This document shows positions 52,900-64,000 of a stretch of DNA of 64,000 nt, piece after piece. A model generated the notes under the pieces. It ran no database searches, was not told the origin of the DNA, and saw only the letters and a program-made list of their open reading frames with translations. The translations under genes and the position numbers were made by a program. This stretch comes from Octopus vulgaris (lineage: Eukaryota), in the NCBI GenBank assembly GCA_951406725.2, contig OX597826.1, positions 52,762,001 through 52,826,000 on the forward strand. Reading direction: 5' to 3'. Position 1 is the first letter of the stretch. Every line of letters begins with the position of its first letter.

Positions 52900-53308
52900 C
52901 AGTAATTCCTCGACTATTGCGGGTGTTATGCTCCAAACACCCCGCGGCAGGTGAAATTCCGCGAAGTAGAAACAGTACTGTACTGTATTTTTTTATTTTT
53001 ATAATTTTTATATATTTATTTTATTATTTTTATATATTTAAGCTTTTATAAACTTTTCCCCAGACTCTTCGGTGTACCCGTGCCTTCCCTTTCTTTGTGG
53101 GTGAGGAACATAATGGTGGGCAGTTGCTGGCTCTGCCTTTTTCTTCTGTGTAAGGAGGTTTTTTATAGACTTCTATTTCTCTGTCGATTGCATTTCTGAA
53201 CTGCAACGCACGAATCATCTGGGGGTCCTAATCTTCCGCTATTCTCTGAAAAATCCGCGATATACAGAGGGCGCGATAGGTGAATCGCGATATGGCGAGT
53301 GATTACTG
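52900..53308. mobile_element. pogo/Tigger-like internally deleted element
   Basis: TIRs CAGTAATTCCTCG / CGAGTGATTACTG-TA. Minus-strand remnant DPQMIRALQFRNAIDREIEVYKK resembles a Tigger C-terminus. Confidence 0.7.
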
Positions 53309-54700
53309 TATAATAATCGTGAATATTCATTTTACTAATTTGTGCGACCTTTTGATTGTATTCTGTTTTCTTTCATAATAGCTGATTCCGTTATAACTCT
53401 TTCTTTCTGGTAATTCAATTCTTGATGCAACTGTAGGGCCACTGTCTTGACATAAGTCATATTTTGAACATTGTCAAACTGGATCGGTGGAGACTATATC
53501 CCCGTTAACGTTAGAGTACAGCAGAGTTAGTCTAGATAAAACACAGAGAGAAAGAGAGAAAGAAAGATTGAAACGAATAGTTCTAACTACTAAACTAGTA
53601 TTAGATTCATAGACCCTGTAAAAAGTGAAACTTGACTTCAGTAGGACTTGAACTGAGAGTAGAAAGGCGGAACGAATATAGTAATGCATTCTATGTTGTA
53701 CTCTAACGATTCATCCAACACAGCGCTTAAAAAGCTGCCCCTATATTACAAACCATTAAAGTTCAAACATGGTTTTCTCTTCACTTGATAAAATAAAAAA
53801 GACTTTACCTATACAAAATGAATTAAAATAAAACAATACTTCACCTATGCAAATGAATTGAATTAGATAAGCTGAAATTGATTTTTTTTTTTTTACATAT
53901 ATATATAAATTTACACAACAGAGGTCAAATTTTGGCTATCTGATGCATGCCCTACATATCTGACCGAGATTTCGTTTGTTGATCATTCTAGGAGTTGATA
54001 CTGGGACACTGTGACATTGTAACAATTATATTGTAGTTATCTCGCGCGCTATTATCTAGATTATGCGAGCTGAGTCAATTATTGCACTTGAGGAACGCGG
54101 CATCTCGAATCAATTGGTGACCAACAGTTTCAACTCATGATTTAGGCCAGTGGGAATTTTCATTCATTCCAAAGTGATTTATCTTAAATACATTGTATGG
54201 CGATGCAGTTAGAATTAGGGTTACCTAACGAGTATCTATAGTTTATGTAGCGGTAAGGTTTTATCTACGAGAGTCGGAGCTACTTGAATCAATGTCTTCT
54301 CATGACATAGATTTCATTGTAGGTAGTACTGTGTGGTAGGCCTTTCAATTTCATTACCAACGTTGGTCAACATTACAATTTTCTTGGTACGTGGCCTTGT
54401 GGTTAATAACGTTCGGCTTATGGCTACAATATTTTAGGTTCAATCCATGGATCGGCTGGCTCTTTACATCCTTCAGCAAGACACTTCATTTCATGTTCTT
54501 CTAATTTACTCAATTTTAATGAGCACCAACCAAATGCTGAAAGAGCCTTTTGTTCATTCAGCTGTTACATCTTGTATACCCCACGAAGTCAACTTCCGTG
54601 ACGACCGAGTGAATGTGTGTTTCTGTTCGCAACTACAAAAATACCCAAAACAATTATCATTATATACTTGAAGCAATTAGCGAAATTCTGATACATGCTT

Positions 54701-54753
54701 TCAAGTCAAACTTACTACTCAGTGATGAGTCTGCTTCGACAACAATAACAATA

Positions 54754-54788
<35 letters not shown>

Positions 54789-55197
54789 AACCATTAACAA
54801 TAGAAAAATAATAATCAAGTCAAACTTACTTCTCAGTGATGAGTCTGGTTCAACAACAATAACAATAACTACTACTACTACTACTACTACTACTACAACC
54901 ATTAACAATAGAAAAATAATAATCAAGTCAAACTTATTTCTCAGTGATGAGTCTGCTTCAACAACAATAACAATAACTACTACTACTACTATTACTACTA
55001 CTACTACTACTACAACCATTAACAATAGAAAAATAATAATCAAGTCAAACTTACTTCTCAGTGATGAGTCTGCTTCAACAACAATAACAATAACTACTAC
55101 TACTACTACTACTACTACAACCATTAACAATTGAAAAATAATAATCAAGTCAAACTTATTTCTCAGTGATGAGTCTGCTTCAACAACAATAACAATA

Positions 55198-55253
<56 letters not shown>

Positions 55254-55329
55254 AACCATTAACAATAGAAAAATAATAAAGTCAAACTTACTTCTCAGTG
55301 ATGAGTCTGCTTCAACAACAATAACAATA

Positions 55330-55376
<47 letters not shown>

Positions 55377-55515
55377 AACCATTAACAATAGAAAAATAAT
55401 AATCAAGTCAAACTTACTTCTCAGTGATGAGTCTGCTTCAACAACAATAACAATAACTACTACTACTACTAATACTACTACTACTACAACCATTAACAAT
55501 AGAAAAATAATAATC
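54701..55515. repeat. Compound minisatellite, 7 units of ~105-132 bp each containing a variable (ACT)n tract
   Basis: TCAAGTCAAACTTACTTCTCAGTGATGAGTCTGCTTCAACAACAATAACAATA(ACT)nACAACCATTAACAATAGAAAAATAATAA at 54701, 54815, 54923, 55040, 55145, ~55278 and 55403. Confidence 0.95.
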
Positions 55516-55953
55516 TGAGATATGATAAAACGCAGTGTCTCGCGTCGGCCACGCGGGAAGAAAGGCAAAACAAACAAACGGAGTGGGAGTGAGTGAGAAT
55601 CAGAGATGCTAACTGCGGGATAACTGTAATAAGATGTTTGTTTTGTTCTGCAATCGCTGATATTTTAATCAAAATATAAAGGCAAAAATGTTATCGTAAA
55701 TTGTATTTAGTTTATCAGTTTCACACATACACACACACACACACACACAAACACAAATATATATTTATGAAGTTAATTTCAAAACATTATTTCCTTTCCA
55801 TTTAAATAGCAGCATTTTACAGATTTCATCGATTTAAGAAAATTAATCAAACAAGCTAGTACGCACCCTCATTCTCACACATTCATTCACGTACACATAT
55901 GTATATTATGCATATACATAAGAATATAGATATGTATGCGTATGAGTGAATTT

Positions 55954-56008
<55 letters not shown>

Positions 56009-56039
56009 CACACACGCACGAACAGAATCTGAGTTTTAT

Positions 56040-56750
56040 ATATATATATCACTCAGAGTGTGTTTGTGTGTGTGTGTGTGTACCCACATAACTTCTAAAG
56101 TTCACAACTGATTTCCTCTAAACTGGGAACACACATTACTTATGTTTCAGAGAAGGTTTTAGACTCTGAAACGTTTTGACATAATGAGTAAACAGGGCTT
56201 TTGTGAGCAGAAAGCAACCTTTCTTGGGTTATGTACTATTCCTCTGGACAAGGGAGGTAACTTTTAGTGAAGTAACTTTCAGAAATTGATTGCCTCCCTT
56301 ACATGCAGTGCGATTTATTCGCATACGCATGTTACTATGTAAAACTTATTCCGTTACTAGGTAACAAATTTTCCGTTGTATGTTTTCCATCTTTTCAAAA
56401 TATTGATATTAATTAATGCTTTTTATTGCCAGTCAATTATCAACATAACAGTACCAGCTCAGTTCACTGTATGTGTTTCTTAAACTTTGCAAAGATATTG
56501 ATATTATTTGCCTTTTATCATTCAAATTTCATTGTTAACGTACAATTGTCATCTTATTTCATTACATCATCTTACTTGACAGAATGTCTCCAAAGAGGAG
56601 ATACTCCATTGGTCGAAAAACGGGCGCTAGCAGAGAAACTGAGAAGAAGGAGAGCAAATGAATCGTCACATGAGACTTCAATTAGACAATCACAAAATGT
56701 TGCATGTACAGCTTACTGCATGAGCAATGGATAGCAATGAGTAGTATAGT
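56040..56750 (+). mobile_element. Possible Helitron 5' region with RepHel N-terminal remnant
   Basis: (TG)n followed by ..CATAACTTCTAAAG..AAACTGGGAACACACATT leader. Frameshifted MSPKRRYSIGRKT / KLRRRRANESSHETSIRQSQN resembles the basic N-terminus of RepHel. No Rep or helicase motifs. Confidence 0.35.
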
Positions 56751-57465
56751 ATTCACTTGGCCAGGAATGATGCAATAACAACTTCGGCCAATCCACCACC
56801 ACCCTTACCACGTCATTTCTTTCATGTAGATTTCTCTCATGTGGTGCTGTTGGGCGCACCCATAGGCTTAATTTACCATATAGTTGTAGTTCCTATGTCT
56901 GATGGCTGTTCAGCGTATTAGCGGCAGCGCCGACAGCCACAGAGGAGAGTATATCCACTGAGAGATTTTTGGTGCGTTCAAAGAGCACATAACCCATTCC
57001 CGCCACTTTTCAATGACAATGTTAGGGCTTGGAATTTTCCAAACAGATGCATGACATGTCACTTCGTCGAATTAGCCCTTCATTTACTCAACAAATGTTT
57101 TGTCGTTGATGCTGCACTTCCCCGCATCACAGGTCATTTAAGTCCCCAACAACGCCGGGTAGATTTAGCACTTATATTTATTCAGTAAGACGATCGTTTC
57201 CACCCTTCATGCGGCTGTCCTTTATGGGTGGGATGTCATGCGTCCAACTGTGTTGCATCGATCACTGCAGTGTAAGTCACTTCAAGTACATGCCTACACA
57301 ATGTGGTATTTCAACAGAATTCCTGAAGAAGATCCAGCGGAAATATACCCCAACTGTTAATGACACCAGGTAGCCCAATCTGTGAACGTGCCTTAATCAA
57401 CACACTAATTGACATGTACCCATTAGTTCGAAGTTTTACGTATATATATATATACATACATATAT

Positions 57466-57556
<91 letters not shown>

Positions 57557-57935
57557 TGTGTGTGTATAGTCAATTTTAAAAAAAGAACAAAAAAAAGATG
57601 AGAAAGAAAAAACAAACAAACGTCAAGAAGTAGCACAAGCAATGTATTAATATGACACTCGGTGATAGAAGAGAGTTGTTGGTTTACGTTTCGAGCATGG
57701 CTCCTTGTGGGAAACAGGAAAAACTGGAAAGTCCAAGGAGAAAGAAACAAGAATGAGGAAAAATCGCCAACTGTTCACGTGCGGTTACATTTCTGATGTG
57801 ACCAGAAGTAGAAGGAGGAAGCGAAAGTGTTTTCTGGGAAAAAGAAAGTGTGAAGATGGTCAGTATGTGTGTGTGTGCGTGTGGTAGCGTGTGCGTGTGT
57901 GATAGCGTGATTTGGTAACTGTGTGTGTGTAGCAT

Positions 57936-57967
<32 letters not shown>

Positions 57968-57976
57968 CATAAATAT

Positions 57977-58012
<36 letters not shown>

Positions 58013-58298
58013 CACACACACACACATATATATATATATGTATATAATATACATATAAATATATATGTGTGTGTATGTGCATATATACATATAAACACAC
58101 ACACACAGCCATATATATATATATATATATAGGGAGAGAGAGAGAGAGGGTGTGTGGTAAGTAGCTTGCTTACCAACCACATGGTTCAATGTTCAGTCCC
58201 ACTGTGTGGAACCTTGGACAAGTGTCTTCTACTAAAGCCTCGGGCCGACCAAATCCTTGTAAATGGATTTGGTAGACGGAAACTGAAAGAAGCCCGTC

Positions 58299-58338
<40 letters not shown>

Positions 58339-58599
58339 GTGTGTGTGTATGTTTGTGTTGTCTGTATTTGTCCCCCCACCACCACCATCGCCTGACAACC
58401 GATGTTGGTGTGTTCACATCCCTGTGACTTAGTGGTTCGGCAAAAGAACCTGATAATAGGTTATTTTGAATTTACCATATACGAAATGTCACTGCAAAAA
58501 TATAGTTATCCATTTCATCATTATATAAGAGAAGGCTAGAAAATATACCTGGATGACTGATTTATCATTTGGAAAGAGACCATTGATAAACTTTTGGAA

Positions 58600-58837
58600 T
58601 TCAAATCAACTCTAAATGATATAAACCGTAACAAATAGGGAGTGCAATAAGGGTGAAGCACTTGCAGAAAACAGCACTACTTGGAACCGCTCAAATACTC
58701 CGGATGGTGGTCGAAAATAAGGGGTGTTACCTTAGTTCACTGGTAGTGAACAACTGATACCGAAGTACATCTCCAGCGTTAGAAGCTGTGCAAAGACAAT
58801 AAAATAATAATAATGATAATTATTATTATTATTATTA

Positions 58838-58879
<42 letters not shown>

Positions 58880-59129
58880 TATGTTTGACTTTTGCTTTAT
58901 ATTTGTACAAGTTGGCTCCAAGTCTCACCCAGAGACCTCAAGAGACAACAGGGTTGGAAGTTCATGTTGTTGTTATGCCTAGTGTGCCATATATTTGGGG
59001 GGTGGGGATGTTGTACTAATGAATGTCTAAAAATAAAAAAAATAAAAAAAAAAGGTTTTTTTTTGTTTTGTTTTTTTTTTTAAACCGAAAATTATGTTTG
59101 TTTTAAACCTTGAGATTACATAGAGAGTA

Positions 59130-59182
<53 letters not shown>

Positions 59183-59650
59183 TTATGTTTGACTTTTGCT
59201 TTACATTTGTACAAGTTGGCTCCAAGTCTCACCCAGAGACCTCGAGGGACAACAAGTTGGAAATTCATGTTGGTGTTATGCCTAGGGTGCCATAGTGTTG
59301 TTCTAGAGAATGTTTCAGAAATCATAAGAAAATTGTGTTTGTTTTAAAACTTGAGTTTACATAGACAGTATTTTACTTAGGATATGGGCAGTTTTCATGA
59401 GCACTATCTTTTGAAATTCTGCCATTTTGGAGTTCCCTAGTATCTGAGCTAGGTAGCAATCAGCCCCTTTTGCTATCATTCCCAGGGCACCCATGACAAC
59501 AGGTATTGTTTTAGTTCTCAGGTTCCACATTTTGCTGATTTCTATTTCAAGATTTTTATATTTGCTCAGTTTTTGGTAGGTCTTGACAGATACGTTTATA
59601 TCGATTGGGACAGTCATATCAATGAGGAGGCATGATTTTTTGTCTGAAGT
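58600..59650. mobile_element. Stacked Dong/R4-like 3' ends in (TAA)n
   Basis: Plus ~58600-58800: HLQKTALLGTAQILRMV. Minus 59182-59650: KLSKYKNLEIEISKMW..IPVVMGALG..ILSKILSM*. A second copy of its 3'UTR lies at 58878-59130. Confidence 0.85.
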
Positions 59651-59656
59651 TTATTA

Positions 59657-59709
<53 letters not shown>

Positions 59710-61601
59710 GGCCACCAGAATTGCAAAAAATATTTCGGACAATAAAAAGACAAAGAAGTGTGAAACTTTACATAAACCTGTGCAAACAATATAATAATAG
59801 GAAAAACATTTTCTAATAAAAAAAAAAATCTCTAGTAAGTGAGAAACGCCAGCATGTGGTAACCAAGAACGCTAAGAGATTTCAAGTCATACTGCTCACC
59901 ATAATTATCATGGCAATTACTCTTCTCTTCCGTATATTCCAACAAATTTATTAGGTGTAGGAAGAATACCTACCAATCAACTTTCATCTTAGATGTTAAG
60001 TTGAATTTTTAAAAGTCAACGTAGGCTTGGCCAAAGCGGAAAGTTTAGGTCTTCATTCTTTTCATTCTCGTTCACCACACCAGCTATTTCGCCATAACTA
60101 CCAGGTGGAGAAAAAATACAGGCCGTTTCCAACTAGGAAAGACAGCTGGGTGATCTGTATGATGGAATCTTCCAATACATTATAGTTGTTGTTCGACATA
60201 ATTCCAGAAGCAAACAATGTTTGATTATTGAATGAACGCGTGCAGGACGGTTTCATCACTCTGCACGCATCTCAGATAATTATTGATTTCAGATATTTGG
60301 CACAAGGCTAGCAATTTCAAGGGATGGACTAAGTCAATTACAACGACCTCACTGCTTATTTCATCACCCCAACCCCGGAGGATGTAAAGCAAAGTCGACC
60401 TCAGTAAAATTTAAACCCAGAGCGTAAGGGCGGACGAAATGCCACTAAGCATTTTTCCCAGATTGCTAACGATTCTGCCAGCTCACCACCTTGGAAATAA
60501 TTCACCACATTTAGGGAAAAGGAGACGAGTGATGTTTTCAGTTTAGTTCTAATTAATGTGGCGAATATATTAAACGGTCCACCACGGGGTGGCAGCACTA
60601 ACCAGTGATGTGTATAAATACAAACTTGTAGCCAGTTCAAACATAGTAAAGTGAGATTGTCATTCGCAGTATTTTTTTTATCTGGAGAAAATAGCTTTTG
60701 CTTCCCAACATATTCCGTCCAGTGAATCAAACATAGAAATAAGAAAAATATTCTGCGTAGCAGAAGCTTTAGCTCATTGGAAAGAGTAATGGACAAACAA
60801 TATTAGAAATAACGGTTTCAAATGTTGGCACACGGGCAGCAATTTTGGGAGAGGGATCAAGTCGATAATATCGACCGTACTTGTAGACTGCAAAAGGATG
60901 AAAGGCAAAAGTCGACCCCGGCAGTATTTGAAATAATATATATACTATATACTTGTTGGAAATATTTATTACTGATTTTAAGCCGGTGAGACAGCAAAAT
61001 CGTTAACACGCCGGCCAAAATGTAATTGACTCACCCCTTACCTCGGAACTGCTGGCCTTGTGCCAACATTTGAAGCCAGTATTTATTACTGATAAAAAGA
61101 GCGACGAACTGGCAGGATCGTTAGCACGCCGGGCAAAATGATTAGCGACATTTCGTCAGAACAACGATCGGTTTCTCAACCAAATCTCGGGAAAGTTTAC
61201 ATCGAGAGGAGTTTGTAGATTTCTGTGTTCTCATCGAACATATTTTGAATCCTTAAAATTCCACTTCTGATCCAACTTAAAGAAAAGCTTGCAGTTTTAC
61301 AGGTCAAGTCCAATGATGTTCTAAATTTTATGGGTCTGGATATTGGAGTTCTGATTTTATTTTAGAGTTTGCTGAGATAGTTCTCAAATCCCAATATCGT
61401 TTATTTTCTACAATGGCTCTTCAGCCAGCCATGGAAAAGAAATTACCACTGGCAAATACCTATATTATTAAACCTTTAATGAATGTTTTCAAAACTGCCT
61501 CTGAGGCATCTTACCACGGTTCCGAATGCAAGACATACTACCAAACCTTGAAAATTATTTCTCTTCAGGTAAGCATTCCGCTTACCATACTAAGAAATTC
61601 G

Positions 61602-61992
61602 TGGAGGCGCAATGGCCCAGTGGTTAGGGCAGCGGACTCGCGGTCGGAGGATCGCGGTTTCGATTCCCAGACCGGGCATTGTGAGTGTTTATTGAGCGAA
61701 AACACCTAAAAGCTCCACGAGGCTCCGGCAGGGGGTGGCGGTGAACCCTGTTGTACTCTTTCACCACAACTTTCTCTCGCTCTTTCTTCCTGTTTCTCTT
61801 GTACCTGTATTTCAAAGGGCCAGCCTTGTCACACTCTGTGTCACGCTGAATCTCCTCGAGAACTACGTTAAGGGTACACGTGTCTGTGGAGTGCTCAGCC
61901 ACTTGCACGTTAATATCACGAGCAAGCTGTTCCGTTGATCGTATCAGCTGGGACCCTCATCGTCGCAACCGACGGAGTGCTCCTAAAAAAAA
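61602..61992 (+). mobile_element. Full-length tRNA-derived SINE
   Basis: A box TGGCCCAGTGG, B box GGTTTCGATTCCC, ~390-bp body, A-tail. GAAATTC directly repeated on both sides. Related to the host SINE at 34440-34980. Confidence 0.9.
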
Positions 61993-62657
61993 CCCAGGAA
62001 ATTCAGTACGCGTACTAAAACCTCCATTAGACTAAAAGAATAAGTTTGAAATCTATATTTTTTCCATCTAGTGATACATCATTATGATAACTCGATCTTT
62101 TAACGTTCAGAATAATCTTCAGGAATGTGTGGACTGTAAACCTTTTACTTCCATTGTAAGGATTCATTATAATAAAATATCTCTCTAATTCTAAAACGTT
62201 CTTTAAACATAATTTACAATCTGGTAATTACAACATTAGTTAACTCCCTGATGACTTTCCACATAAGAAATATCGAAAACTTTGGGATAATCTACAGTTG
62301 TGAATTCCCGTTCATACTTATAATCGTATTCCAATTAATATTAACTCATATTTTAATTAAAATACCTCTAATTGATGTGTACTATTTGTTTACTAGTTGA
62401 AATTACTGTTTCTAAAACCTGAGATATGCATTTAAAGTGATATATTTTTATATCTTAAATTTCAGGTGTAGCTGATTCACCAACATTTCTTTTCTGTATC
62501 TTGCGCTGAAAAGAAATATATTACTGTGAAGACGTTTGTAGATACAACTGTCAGAAAATATTGATACAAATGAAAGGAATATCTTAATTTGCCAACAATG
62601 CAGTAACTCTTCATTTTGTTCTCACAAATTACATTCCATTTAAATAGTTGCTAACTG

Positions 62658-64000
62658 ATGGAGCCTATAGTTGTTTATCGAAGCCCAGCTGAACCTTTTG
62701 AATTTTCAAACCCACAGGCGGCAAATGTTAACGAAAATAGCCACATTTTTAGGAGAGACTTGTCATTCAATCAGCAAAATAAAGAATTTCATATACATTC
62801 ACCATATCAATCAGAAATGTTTACATCTCCAAACCACTATGACATTATGGGTCCTTTATATTTTAATACAAATATGATTCCATACTCTCCTATTTTAAAT
62901 TCGACTCATATACGGCGTTTACCGGACAGTAATATAATTGAATATTCTGCTATGTCTAACCCTTATTATAACGCGTGTCCTTCTTTTGTTCCTTTAAATG
63001 ATAATGAAATATATAATAATGCCACGGAAAGTACGATATACCAAAGCAATAAACGCCATCTGACATTGCTTTCCCCCGTTCATAATAATGGTACTGTAAA
63101 ACGACCACGCATGATTCAACCAAACAAAGTTTCAGAAACACGGCCCATACATTTCTGGAGGCCATTTTTGAATGAAGAGTCACCGGATTGCGTGCCCAGA
63201 AGAAGCGATAGCAATAACACTGATGACAAACAACGAAATAACAAGAAACTATATTCAAATGATAGTAATTCTAAAGCCTGTTACGAAATACCGGTGAACA
63301 ACAATAAGAACAACAATAAAAATAATGATAACAACAAAAGTGAAAATTTAAGTCATAGGACTATCCATAATACATCTCCAACGTATTTAAGACAAACGAA
63401 TGAGGCAAAAAGTAAACATAGTGAAAGTAGTAATAAAAAGAAAGAGGAGAGAATGTTAACAATGGCGAAAACAATTGATTTACTTCGAGAAGCAAGAACT
63501 GAGTGTGATACCGAAGAACCAGTAAATTTAATCGTTCCCAATATTCGAAATTGCGAAGAGGAACTATTGAAAGAGAACAATTATGTGGAAGATTATTGTA
63601 CTAATTGTAAAATATGTAATTTTCATGAGAGACCCCACTCAAATTCTAGGCCGGTTAGTTTGTTATCGACCACACGACAAAATGAAGGAAACGAATCTTT
63701 ATCTTACGCGTCTGATGGCAACATAACACGGAAATCTCCGAGTATCTCTGATTTACCTGCAAATATCAATCGCTGGCAACAGAGAATGAAGGAAGCAAAT
63801 ATGTCCCCATCCAATGGAACTGATAATATGTATAAAAGTTTTGCAAACGACACTCCAGATAGTAGTTTGCAATCAGCACTGGGCAAGAATATGTTTGACG
63901 GCATGCATTACCCACCATCAAATTATTCTTGGAGCAATAAAGGTAGGACTTCTAATGAATATCCTTCGTCCAGAGCTGTCGATTTTGGTGCATGCACAGG
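62658..64000 (+). CDS. Large first coding exon of an unidentified, low-complexity (N/S-rich) protein; 3'-incomplete
   Basis: ATG at 62658 after an in-frame TAA (62652). 447 codons without a stop to the window end: MEPIVVYRSPAEPFEFSNPQ..VKRPR..HFWRPF..EPVNLIV..CTNCKICNFH..VDFGACT. Upstream acceptor TTAAATTTCAG at 62465. Absent from the ORF track because it has no stop. Confidence 0.85.
   Translation, partial: MEPIVVYRSPAEPFEFSNPQAANVNENSHIFRRDLSFNQQNKEFHIHSPYQSEMFTSPNHYDIMGPLYFNTNMIPYSPILNSTHIRRLPDSNIIEYSAMSNPYYNACPSFVPLNDNEIYNNATESTIYQSNKRHLTLLSPVHNNGTVKRPRMIQPNKVSETRPIHFWRPFLNEESPDCVPRRSDSNNTDDKQRNNKKLYSNDSNSKACYEIPVNNNKNNNKNNDNNKSENLSHRTIHNTSPTYLRQTNEAKSKHSESSNKKKEERMLTMAKTIDLLREARTECDTEEPVNLIVPNIRNCEEELLKENNYVEDYCTNCKICNFHERPHSNSRPVSLLSTTRQNEGNESLSYASDGNITRKSPSISDLPANINRWQQRMKEANMSPSNGTDNMYKSFANDTPDSSLQSALGKNMFDGMHYPPSNYSWSNKGRTSNEYPSSRAVDFGACT

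Noticed and set aside
54718-54750. GTGATGAGTC..GAC in the minisatellite as a hammerhead or C/D snoRNA C box
   Set aside because: No GAAA or cleavage triplet, GAC only in the first unit, and no D box or terminal stem in the units.
54701-55515. CRISPR-like repeat-spacer array
   Set aside because: The intervening sequences are the same (ACT)n microsatellite, not unique spacers. Eukaryotic context, no cas genes.
56426-56734. Two plus-strand host exons (56433-56468 and from 56583)
   Set aside because: Joining them creates a stop codon. The region looks more like a Helitron leader and N-terminus.
56750-57440. Decayed non-LTR RT fragment (minus)
   Set aside because: Only a GGGGL..ASF-like hint, too degraded to call.
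61602-61680. tRNA gene
   Set aside because: A and B boxes are present but there is no proper acceptor stem. It continues into a SINE body with an A-tail.

Overview
AT-rich, microsatellite-dense animal genomic DNA. The SINE, LINE and microsatellite landscape strongly suggests an octopus-like cephalopod (inference). Almost all ORFs in the supplied track are microsatellite noise or decayed transposons: Gypsy, four mariners, a pogo/Tigger MITE, RTE, Dong/R4, Tx1/L1-like, Penelope GIY-YIG elements, and tRNA- and 5S-derived SINEs. The most notable signal is a 360-bp, 100%-identical tandem repeat (5614-6390). Each unit carries a type I hammerhead-ribozyme fold inside a long rod-like stem, which makes it a candidate non-LTR retrozyme (self-cleaving, circRNA-forming retroelement). 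It has an inverted partial copy, sits in a (TA)n tract, and lies beside a second hammerhead with a canonical core. Several other Penelope-type minimal hammerheads are scattered through the window. An uninterrupted ORF of at least 447 codons, missed by the ORF track, runs off the right edge (62658-64000, +). A few isolated candidate exons are also present.
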